Source of the DNA: Ylistrum balloti
Taxonomy: Eukaryota
DNA: 64,000 bases
Reading direction: 5' to 3'
Assembly: GCF_031769215.1 (NCBI RefSeq)
Contig: NW_026782087.1
Coordinates: forward strand, 868,001-932,000
Shown here one piece after another: positions 23,643-45,140 of this stretch. How positions within the stretch are numbered: position 1 is the stretch's first letter; each line of letters begins with the position of its first letter. Below the pieces are notes generated by a model. It was not told the origin of the DNA and made no database searches. It saw nothing but the letters and a program-made list of their open reading frames with translations. A program made the position numbers and the translations under genes.

Positions 23643-24773
23643 ATGGATAATTATTCTCTCAACTGCTACTGTGACAAAAAGGTATTGCTGAAAAGACTTG
23701 AAACTAAAAGGAACGTTGAGAAAGTGCTGCCTCTCGTTGATGAGATATTGAGATACGTTCACTCCCGGGATAAACGCTTTCTGATACAGCCACTGAGAGT
23801 AGGTAGTTATGACACGCGCTTGAAAGTCGAGAAAGCGGACGAATTTGACTACAATGTTATCGTTGATATCGGCAAGCTGGTGTGGGGTTCAGGGGGAAAA
23901 CGATACTATGGGTTTGGCAACACCAGGGACAAAGTAGTGGAGAAAAAGGGATACGCGTTGCCGGATCCTCCTGTTGGGCAGTACTTCACCCAAATCGCTC
24001 CAATTAGGAAGAAATGGGATGCCGACAGATTAAACGATGGAGTGGCGAGCATGACATTTGATGACGACATAGTCCCAATTAAAGTCAAAAGAATATTCAA
24101 GTCACTTGTTGGCGAAGCAGTCAACCAACCAAAGTTCAGAAACCTGATATCAACAGACAAAATATCGAGTTCTCCTGCCACCACACTATCTGTGAAGTTT
24201 AGTGACACTGGTTACCCAATCAGCATTGATCTGTGTCCGATGATTGAATCTCAGCTGGAATTTAAACCCGAATTTCACTGGCCTCGGCCAAACAGCCAAT
24301 GGCCTTCGCAAGAAAAGAGGATGATCATAAAGAAAATAGGCGCGAATGAAATAGCCAAAGAGCCATTCTATTGGACACTGTCTTTCGCCGCTTGCGAAAA
24401 GGAACTTCTGGAAGGAATCGACATACATGGGACATGTCGAAAGAAAAGTCAACGAATCATGAAGAGACTGAAAGAGGACGTGTGGTGCCCACCTGACATG
24501 AAAAACGAACTGACATCATACCACCTGAAGAATGTGCTGTTCTGGGAATGTGAGGATCGTCCCTCTGAGACTGAATGGCAGCAGGAACTGCTGGCGGAAA
24601 GAGTGACCACTATGACGTATCGTCTTCTCGGCTATCTCCAGAGAGGAAACCTGCCACTGTACTTCCATACCGGAGTCAACCTGCTTTCCAGCAAGGATAA
24701 GGATGTACTCCATCAGGTAGCAACAAATATAAAGTCATTTCTCGATCATCCACAGCAGTATTTGTCGGTATAA
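23643..24773 (+). CDS. cGAS-like receptor (cGLR) copy 3, intronless, 376 aa
   Basis: Same intact motifs as copy 2, with 11 amino-acid differences from copy 2 by hand count. ATG at 23643. Confidence 0.92.
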   Translation: MDNYSLNCYCDKKVLLKRLETKRNVEKVLPLVDEILRYVHSRDKRFLIQPLRVGSYDTRLKVEKADEFDYNVIVDIGKLVWGSGGKRYYGFGNTRDKVVEKKGYALPDPPVGQYFTQIAPIRKKWDADRLNDGVASMTFDDDIVPIKVKRIFKSLVGEAVNQPKFRNLISTDKISSSPATTLSVKFSDTGYPISIDLCPMIESQLEFKPEFHWPRPNSQWPSQEKRMIIKKIGANEIAKEPFYWTLSFAACEKELLEGIDIHGTCRKKSQRIMKRLKEDVWCPPDMKNELTSYHLKNVLFWECEDRPSETEWQQELLAERVTTMTYRLLGYLQRGNLPLYFHTGVNLLSSKDKDVLHQVATNIKSFLDHPQQYLSV

Positions 24774-25513
24774 AGCTCACACCTTTTGTTTGTAGACCAA
24801 AGAACCAAATCTGAGAAGTTAAATTTCGCTTGTTTAAAAACGGCTACTGCAGATCAATTTATTTTCTCATTTCTATGACGCTTTTCACAAATGATTCCCA
24901 GCCCTTTAAAACGTTCTCTATATTGGCGAAAACAAAACCTATTGTCGTAGTTAGAAAAAACTCGAAAATAAAATGATTTGCAGTATTCTAACGAAACATT
25001 AACACCTACTATAATCAGGTGTGTACCAATTATCATTATGGTATTTAGTATTGAAATGTATTCTACTTTAATAATCTGAGTCACACTACGTATTTTGTTT
25101 GCTGAATGATATATTTTTTACAGCTTTTACGAGGTGACAAATATCCAAATGAATGTTGAGTCTACAAATCGGATATCTTTTAGATGTAATTTTAGATGTA
25201 ACATTGAATTGCAGCTACAGAATCCCAGTTTTCAGTTACTGCTTCGGTTATATAGAATACCTCAGCATAACGCATGTTAATACTTAATGTTACTCACATC
25301 TAACAGACATGTGAACACTTGCTTAGTTTACATCCCATTGTAACCACTATTATATCTTTGGTAAAATGATCTAAAATGACACCCCATCCACCATTTCTAT
25401 AGCACTTTAAACACCACTGCGTTCCTTGATAAACGTAGGTTACGTCACTTTGGCTAAATGTTATTGTTTCATTACCTGTACTGTGTCAAATGTACAATTT
25501 TTCGTCCATATAA

Positions 25514-26013
25514 GTTCATTATAAGATCTGTTTTAACAAAAATACCAAACTTCAATGGCTCCAGTATAGGATCTCTCATCACATTCTGACAACTAATAGG
25601 CAAAACTTGTGTCCAGTCCACTTTGTAATCTATGCAACTCAGAAAGAGAATCGATCACTCATCTCCTTTGGGAATGTCAGGAAGTGCAAAACTTTTTACA
25701 ATCATTTGAAACACTAACAGATTCTTTATTAATACCATTCTCAGCCAACAAACGGTCTTTTATACTTGGAATTAAAAGGAACAATAGCCCTAGCTTTAGA
25801 GTTGACAATGAAGTAATTCTTATGATTAAACTTTATATATATAAAACAAGATGCCTCCATGCTACTCTCAATATCAACGCCATTGTAAAGATTATACAAA
25901 ATCACTATTCTGTTCAAAAATATATTTCAAATAGCAAAAACACGTCTTACAAACAAAATTTCACAAATGATTGGAAAAAATGGGAAAATCTTATCCAATT
26001 GAATATTAAATAA
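25514..26013 (+). mobile_element. 5'-truncated L1/Tx1-like ORF2 fragment, duplicate copy
   Basis: ORF 25609-26013 SPLCNLCNSERESITHLLWECQEVQNFLQSF...WKKW. It has a 13-bp deletion near 25598 relative to the first copy. Confidence 0.75.
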
Positions 26014-26614
26014 TTATAATACTTTTTATCCTTGACAGTGCTGTCATATCTTTGTTTCACTGTCTTTAGCAAAAAATTTGTTTCAACATCCCATGGACTT
26101 CTTATGTCATTCCCCCCTCCCCATCCCTTATCTTCCTATTTCTGTTTTAATCGCTTTGTCTGTTTCTGTAATTGTAGAGAATGATTCAGTGAGAGAGAGC
26201 AATCTATGTATAATGTTAATTATTGATATTTCCTCTATGCTATCATTTAGTCTGGCTGTACTATGCTCTGTGTAATCTTTGACAACAAGGGCAGATAACA
26301 AAGAATCATCACCAGCTATTCACACCTCAATTATTTACAAAGGTTTTTTTTTTTTCCTTTTTTTTATTTTTTTTTTTTTTTAATGTGAATTACACTTTGT
26401 TTCGGCAAACAAGCAGAAGTTGCAACATGGAAAGGCTGTTATGTGGGGCGTATCTCGCTACTCCCAATCCATGCTTGCACTTCTGGTTTGGGATTACACT
26501 ATTGAAAACATATAATTTTGAATAATGTTTGGGGATTAGGTGTGAATAGATGATGATGAGGCAAAACACTAATAATAATAAACAGCTCTGTTGTTGATCA
26601 GTGTATGATGTGAT

Positions 26615-26795
26615 AATGAGGATGAAAGGTTGATGATGAAGTGGTGATGATGATATGATGATTACGATGCTGAATATGTGTTACTGCTGCTGCTGCTGCT
26701 GCTGATGATGATGATGATGACGATATGGTGATGATCATGATAATGAAGTGATGATGATACGATGATCATGATGATAACTATGTGATGATGATGAC

Positions 26796-26848
<53 letters not shown>
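26615..26848. repeat. Compound (GAT)n microsatellite, duplicate copy with a longer run
   Basis: Paralog of 20185-20403 with more GAT units. Confidence 0.9.
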
Positions 26849-27192
26849 CAGCAGTCATTGAGTTTGTATTATTATTGGGGCTTGTGAATGAAACACAGTA
26901 GTACATTGTATGTCATGTCAGCAAAGAGGAAAGAGTAGGAAATAATGAGTGCATGTTTTGAGTGAGTGTACATGGGTGTAGTGTGATGTGTGCCAGGGTG
27001 TGTATGTGTATGTGAGTCTAGTATATATCGTGTGTTGCATACCTTTGTAAAATCTTGAAAAACAAAATAAAAAAAAAAAAAAATCTGTTTTAACTCCATA
27101 CAATGTTTCTCCGTATGTTGTATCATTAACTATATTATGATTTAAGTTACTACGACAACGGCTGATTCATCTACCTGCAGAGTTATGTCGTG

Positions 27193-27321
27193 TTTTGTAG
27201 ATATCGTATCAGTTTGTAGATATCGTATCAGTTTGTAGATATCGTATCAGTTTGTAGATATCGTATCAGTTTGTAGATATCGTATCAGTTTGTAGATATC
27301 GTATCATTTTGCAGATATCGT
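27193..27321. repeat. 19-bp minisatellite, duplicate copy
   Basis: Six full units plus a partial unit, more homogeneous than the first copy. Confidence 0.9.
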
Positions 27322-29619
27322 TATTTTGATGATAATATATCTACATTAGAAATATGCAATCCACAATGGTGTATATGAAGTTTTCTTAGGTCTTGTTTGA
27401 TGATCTTAAACATTTCATATTTGTTTGCGTTGCATCATAATCAATTTCTTCATGCTTGAATAAACATTTACAATATTACAATTGTGTGTTTGTTTATTGC
27501 AGTGCAGACTCAGTTTCCTTTTCTTTGGTAATAAATCTCATAAACGACATGACTCGTGTTTATATATTACTGTAAAAGATAAGACTGATATTGGCTAAGA
27601 CGGCCCAGTTTTATTGCATATTAAAAAAATGACCAAGCACATTAGATCCCCGAGGGGATTTCAACGTAAACATGAAATTTTACCTCACCTTTGCAACCCG
27701 AGTGAAGAACCATTTTTTTCACCGGTCAGTCGTGGTCAACCCCTCAGTCAGTCATTCAGTTACCCATCCGCTCGATATATATTATCGATATATTTTAAAA
27801 CGTATTGCATATTTCTTTTTATAGCATTTTCAACATTTTTGTTCTTGGTCCTTTTTAAAGTATGAATTTTGAAATTGAAGTTGAAACTTGTTACTGGAAT
27901 TTCTATGGGATCAGTGCTAAAGCATTTGGTTCCCATTTGAACCTACAAACTTCACTCGGTAGGGTTTTTGCTCGTTGGTTTTGTTGACTGGTAAACATGA
28001 AAAGTCATTTCATCAGTATAAATTACTTTACCATCCTATTATGACCGTTACAGGATACTGTGTTGTCGATTCTTAGTGGTATTTATATTGCAAATGCTGA
28101 TAAGAAAATACAGACATGTTTGTAAACTCAAAACCGAATTCCGGAAGGGTTATCGTTATCTGCCTCATGGAGAAAAAAACTCTGCTAATTTCGGTCAATC
28201 CAAACAAGTGATGTCCCGTTCTAATATGAGCAAACGGAAATACAATATTTCACAATGAGATCAATATGGCGACCCTACAACTTCCCCATAGTCTTAATCA
28301 AACCACACCTCATAAAGTCATGTTTTGAGACTATCTACCAGCTGTCGATATCTTGAATGCAAATCGTGATTATGGCAATAAGCTCTTGATTGAATCATTT
28401 CTGACAATTAAACACCATGTGTATAGAAGCAGGTATATTACTAACAAGAAATTAAATATTCAAATCATACGTTTTTACACCAAGTATTCAACTACATTTG
28501 TATGTCAGCTTATCATACATTTGGACGAAGTATACTTTTAACTTTTCTTGGAGTTGACTCGAACACACAACCAAATTAACTAATAATACATGTTGACATG
28601 CAGGAGTACACAGCCAACGTCTCGAAGATTTTAACGAAGTATACAACTTTTTCTTACAAACCTTTGAAGTAAGTTTCGATTGAAAGTGGTGTACATGTAA
28701 ATGGAACCAACCCAATGGGCCTGCGTTAACCAATAGTGACAACCTTTAACTACTACGTGTAACGGACAGTCGGTGTCTAGACAGAATCAGCGTAATGGTT
28801 CTTATAAAACCGGCACAATTAAATATCCAGTGCTGTTGAACAGTGGAAAAGATTAATATAAAGCAACCAGGACAGAAAAACACAGCGTACTATGAAGCTT
28901 GACCAAATACATGAAGTGTTATGTAGCTACATATGGATGATATTGTAACATCAATTAATAATGCACAATGGAACGACACCTGAAAATCGATACAAACCAG
29001 CTGTTTTCCCTCATCGGAGACGTTTTCACTCACAATCAGTAATATTCAAATTTAACGTTAAGTAATCAAAGAGGTTTCTAAACAAGTATAGGCTCTGTTC
29101 TGTAAATTTGTTGGCTTGTCCACAAGCTCGAGTGGCAGAATTTATCATGCTGGAGTGATACCGTGATGACAAGTCTAGTTAACTTAACATTCTAAATATG
29201 ATTTTCATGGCGAAAGCACTTAAGCATTTGCCAGACTTACTATTACTTTACTACAAGATGACTTATATAATAATGATAATTTTTTCAAGCATATATTAAA
29301 GCTAGATTGAGTTTCTTCGCCCTCTTGAACGATGTGTGGTACTGTTCAGAAACTGAAATCAGAACAGTACTTTAGATTTATCTCTCCTTTGCCGCGTGTT
29401 TGTCAATGGTTTTTATGGTTATATTTCTTAGAGGAAGTTTAGCATAGTCTGGTGAAAGTTTGGTTCGTCACTTTAATTATTTCATATCAAATTGTATCCT
29501 CTCTAACCACAACTACTACGGTACTTTGATTGCTATAGTCATGTGACCTGTGGCCCTTTTGTTAGTTATTCTGGATGTTGAGTAGCACAAGTAAATGTTC
29601 ATTACGGGTATCAAATGGT

Positions 29620-29975
29620 CCGGTTAGCCCAGGAAAGGTCCAGGCAAAGTCCGGTCAGCCAAGGCAAAGTCCAGTCAGCCCAGGCAAGGTCCAGGCAAAG
29701 TCCGGTCAGCCCAGGCAAGGTCCAGGCAAAGTCCGGTCAGCCCAGGCAAAGTCCAGTCAGCCCAGGCAAGGCCCAGGCAAAGTCCGGTCAGCCCAGGCAA
29801 AGTCCAGTCAGCCCAGGCAAGGTCCAGGCAAAGTCCGGTCAGCCCAAGCAAGGTCCAGGCAAAGTCCGGTCAGCCCAGGCAAAGTCCAGGCAAGGTCCGG
29901 CCAGCCCAGGCAAGGACCAATCAGTCCAGGCAAGACGGTCCATGGAAAGTCCAGTCAGTTCAGGCAAGGTCTGGA
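29620..29975. repeat. GC-rich modular minisatellite (20-bp and 31-bp units)
   Basis: Built from modules AGTCC(G/A)GTCAG, CCCAGGCAA and GGTCCAGGCAA in varying order. Confidence 0.9.
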
Positions 29976-31132
29976 AGAGCTAAACGCGGACCTACAAAAT
30001 TGTTACAGTTGCTTTCCACTATATTTCAACACATGTTCAGACTTCCATTTTTTGAGGGACTGATTTTGAATGACAAACGCTAGACGGGCGACGGAATTAT
30101 ATTTTGAAGGTCCGACAGTCCAATGGTATTCGTTATTGTTTAATCAGAATGCTTTAACTTTTAGTTGTCTTTTCAACAAAAGGCTAAAAAATGTGCCCTT
30201 CTAGTTTCATAATCCTTTGTGTGTTCATATATGTAATTATCACATTATTATAATCCAATAAATTCACTCCGTTATATATTGGCATGTGATACAAGCGTAG
30301 CATGGCCTACCGTTTTTCATTTGATGTGCGAATCAGAAAATTGATTGAGATTTTATACTATAGACAATGACGCTACGTCATAGCATGATTGAAAATGTCG
30401 CTACAAATTGGTTGCCTCGGTTTGATTAAGCCCTTCATATTTTGACTTTTAAACCGGTCAAAATGTAAATGTTATGAATTAAGTGATTAAAAGTATCTTA
30501 ACCTTGTTTTTATTTCAGTTTTAATTTCCGCTGTTAGGGCTTGCATCAAAAACTTCTAAGACTCTATTTTTTTTTATAAAATCTCATATGAAATCAAGTT
30601 TTAGGTCCGTGATAAAATGAATCACAGGGTCATCTCAAAACTGACATAGATTGATAATGGAAGATATCTGTGGTTTCTTTATATATGAAAATTTTATAAA
30701 TAAATTTGTGGGTCAAACAATATCCTGTCTTGATGTATCCTGCCTAGATGTCGTAAATAAACTAATTCAAATTTCGTGAACACCATATTGCAATAAATTT
30801 GTGTTTCATCGCTAGCTTTCACGAAGATAACATAACAGTGATATTTTCGGGTTTTGGAGTATTGGGCCTTCGGAATAACGGGCCTTCGGAATAGCGGTGT
30901 CACCTCCATATATATAACGTTTGTGTTCACCCTCTGACAAATACAGACTGCTCCCCGTGATTGGCGTGGATTCATTATAAAACGTTACCACACAGTAGTG
31001 AAAGAAAGTGTATTTATTTCAACTGTCAGTTTTAGTTAAATATCCGATAAGCAGATGTCGCATAAACAAATACAAATATAAATCATGTGATTTAGGAATT
31101 AATAACCGCTCCCCACACTGGGAGAAAATAAG

Positions 31133-41758
<10,626 letters not shown>

Positions 41759-41929
41759 GTATGAATTCATGATTTGGGGATAAATTGGTACTTAAATAAT
41801 TTGGGAAATGAGGAGTAGTGGCAATGTAGGCCTATATGGCCTCTTGTATACGTAGGTCTTAATAATCAGGAGACCATTAAGGCCCATCAGCCTAATGTTT
41901 ATATAGGGAGATGTGTGTTGTTGGGTTTT

Positions 41930-42682
41930 TAACCCAGCGTCCAGCATCAAGTTTTCCATTTAAACCAAATTCTTCTCAATAACAAACTGGCCAGATGTCA
42001 TGATACTTGGCTGGTGGGTTGCTGGGATGAAGCCTTACAATGTTCATGAAATGAAATAACTAGGACTTTTATTCGAGGACACAGGGGCCAAATTTGTTAA
42101 ACTTTTAAACAACTTCTGATAACTAACCAAAATATGCAAAAGCGTATTATTTGGGTTAGAAGTTTTAAGAATTAATTCCATCAAATTTTGCCGAAAAAAG
42201 TGACCAAGACCCTTATTCAAAATCACAGGGGTCAAATTCGTTAAAACCTTCAAACAAATTCTAGTAACTTATCAAAAGGCGTAGAAGCATGGTATTTAGC
42301 CGATAGGTTTGTAGGATGAAGCCAGATCAAGTTTGCCAAGAAATTGACTTTGATCCTTATTCGAGGTCACAGGGTTCAAATTTGTTAAAACCTTAATACA
42401 ACTTCTTCTGGCAAACCAAAGTCCAAGAAGCAAGATATTTAGTGGAAAGGTATTTCTATGTAAAACCCTGACAAATGTTGAGAAAAAGGGAATTGATATT
42501 TACCTACAATCCACATCAGGACTGCCATTGGCAGTATGTCGTGGAAATTGGTAAGAATTGATTGGATTGCCACTTTGAATGCCAATGGTGTAAGTGTTAA
42601 TGTATTTGTGATAAAAATTGATTCTATTTTTAATGGACATTGAACACCATGTGAGCGATGCAGGCCCATTGCCCCTCTTGTT
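41930..42682 (+). mobile_element. Interspersed repeat with internal 144-bp periodicity, possibly a Helentron-associated (HINE-like) element
   Basis: Degenerate CACAGGGG(C/T)CAAATTTGTTAAA at 42080, 42224 and 42368. The 3' end GTGAGCGATGCAGGCCCATTGCCCCTCTTGTT resembles ends of common mollusc repeats. The family assignment is from recall and the boundaries are approximate. Confidence 0.4.
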
Positions 42683-43539
42683 TGTCAGGAAAAGACAAGT
42701 CATCTTTACTACTCTGCGGAGTCTTGCCCATAGACGCTGGTTCCCAGCCTCTAAATATTGAAACCATATAGAATTTGTAAATGCATGATTACAGTGTGGT
42801 TAATAGCATTGTATTCTCTGTTCACAGGTAATAAAAACTCCAAGCAGACTTCTGTTCCTCTGATTAGCAGCCAAAAGTGATGAAATTCATTGTGTGTTTT
42901 GCTCAGTGATGGTGATTTCAAGCTTTCTGTGACAGCATTTGTATTGATAATTGTTGTCAGGAAGTACAACTCCTCTGTTTCTTTGATAAATGATATCGCA
43001 GAACAAATCCGTACCACACAGCATTGACTTCGGACTTTGATCAGGTTACTTTGTGTAATCTACTATGAACAGATCACTTTACATGCAGTTTACTATGGAC
43101 AGGACTTTCTCCAAATTTTCACTGGTGCATTCTTGTGTTTTCTAGAGAAAGATAAACTTGTTTTATAACCCAGGAAAAGACAGAGGATGGCTCACACAAG
43201 CTATGAGTTCATTTCTAATAGTGGGGACATGTCACCACTATATGTTGCGTAACCATATAAAAGTTGGAAAATGTCATCAAATTTGATTCACATGTATTAC
43301 GCCATTGGTGATGGTCTGACATGCACCTTTCAAGACTATAATTTCAGATATTTCAAAAAAGGAAAATGTAGGGAAAAAATATGTGATGTGGATAGAAATA
43401 TCTCGCCCTTAAGATAAATACATTGTATTTCAAAATTTAGCACAAAGCTTTAAATTTTGAAACATCATTCTCATGTAAAAGATATCTCTCTCCACATCAC
43501 ACAGAGATTAAAGCTGTTTATCTATTACTCAACATACAG

Positions 43540-45140
43540 CTTATTGTAGACAGGTGATTCTTCACACAGATTAATGTGGACAACTGACTCGCCATACAGT
43601 TCACTGTTGACATGTGATTCTCCATAGTTACTGTGGACGACTTACTTGCCATACAGTTTACTGTGAACATGTGACTCTCCATACAGTTACTGTGGACATG
43701 TAATCACCATACAGTTACTGTGGACAGTTGACTTGCCATACTGTGAACATGTGACTCTCCATACAGCCAACAGTGTATGAGTGTCTCCTTACAACTTACT
43801 TTGGTCAAGTAACTCTCCATACAGCATACTGTGGTAAAGTGACACACCATACAGTTTACTGTAGACAGATAACTTGATATACAGCCCACACTGCTTCAGT
43901 GAACATGTGACTCTTCCTGCAGTTCACTGTGGACATGTGACTCTCGATACACCATAGTGTGGACATGGGACTCCCTACAGCTCACAGTGGAGAGCAGACA
44001 CACCATACAGTTTACTGTGGACTGGTAACTCTTTAGGTCACTGGACAGATGATTCACCTTACAGTTTACTGTGGAGGAGACACACCTTACAGTTTACTGT
44101 GGAGGAGACACACCTTACTGTATACTGTGGAGGAGACACACCATACAATTTACTGTGGAGGAGACACACCTTACAGTTTACTGTGGACAGGTAACTCTTT
44201 AGGTCACTGGACAGATAATTCACCTAACAGTTTACTGTGGAGGAGACACACCTTACAGTTTACTGTGGAGGAGACACACCTTACAGTTTACTGTGGAGGA
44301 GACACACCTTACAGTTTACTGTGGAGGAGACACACCTTTCAGTTTACTGTGGAGGAGACACACCTTTCAGTTTACTGTGGAGGAGACACACCTTTCAGTT
44401 TACTGTGGAGGAGACACACCTTTCAGTTTACTGTGGACAGGTAACTCTTTAGGTCACTGGACAGATAATTCACCTAACAGTTTACTGTGGAGGAGACACA
44501 CCTTACAGTTTACTGTGGAGGAGACACACCTTTCAGTTTACTGTGGACAGGTAACTCTTTAGGTCACTGGACAGATAATTCACCTAACAGTTTACTGTGG
44601 AGGAGACACACCTTACTGTTTACTGTGGAGGAGACAAACCTTACTGTATACTGTAGAGGAGACACACCTTACAGTTTACTGTGGAGGAGACACACCTTAC
44701 TGTTTACTGTGGAGGAGACACACCTTACAGTTTACTGTGGAGGAGACACACCTTACAGTTTACTGTGGACAGGTAACTCTTTAGGTCACTGGACAGATAA
44801 TTCACCTAACAGTTTACTGTGGAGGAGACACACCTAACAGTTTACTGTGGAGGAGACACACCTTACAGTTTACTGTGGAGGAGACACACCTTTCAGTTTA
44901 CTGTGGAGGAGACACACCTTACAGTTTACTGTGGAGGAGACACACCTTACAGTTTACTGTGGACTGGTAATTCTCCATACAACCTATTTACATATAACTA
45001 AGCCCAACCTAACATAGAACCTTATCTGATCTATTCAGAGCCTGAGTGGAACCAACACTTAATCCAATGTGGACAGGTGACTCTCCATTCAGTTATTGTG
45101 GATAGGAGACTCACCATACGTCTTAATATGAACAGGCAAC
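43540..45140. repeat. 28-bp minisatellite with interspersed 54-bp variant units
   Basis: Core unit CAGTTTACTGTGGAGGAGACACACCTTA; variant CAGTTTACTGTGGACAGGTAACTCTTTAGGTCACTGGACAGATAATTCACCTAA. The homogeneous core is about 44010-44970, with degenerate flanks. Confidence 0.92.

Larger units (their letters stand above)
22326..28787 (+). repeat. 6.4-kb tandem segmental duplication, copy 2 (contains cGLR copy 3)
   Basis: Colinear with 15908-22325. Ends at ...CTAGACAGAAT (28787), after which unique sequence resumes. Confidence 0.95.

Noticed and set aside
30964-30968. Hypoxia response element (GCGTG) upstream of EGLN1
   Set aside because: A 5-bp match is expected by chance and there is no supporting conservation data.
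44049-45001. Several 60-130 aa ORFs with repeating YCGGDTPYSLLWRRHT
   Set aside because: Translations of the 28-bp minisatellite. The same peptide cycles through all frames.
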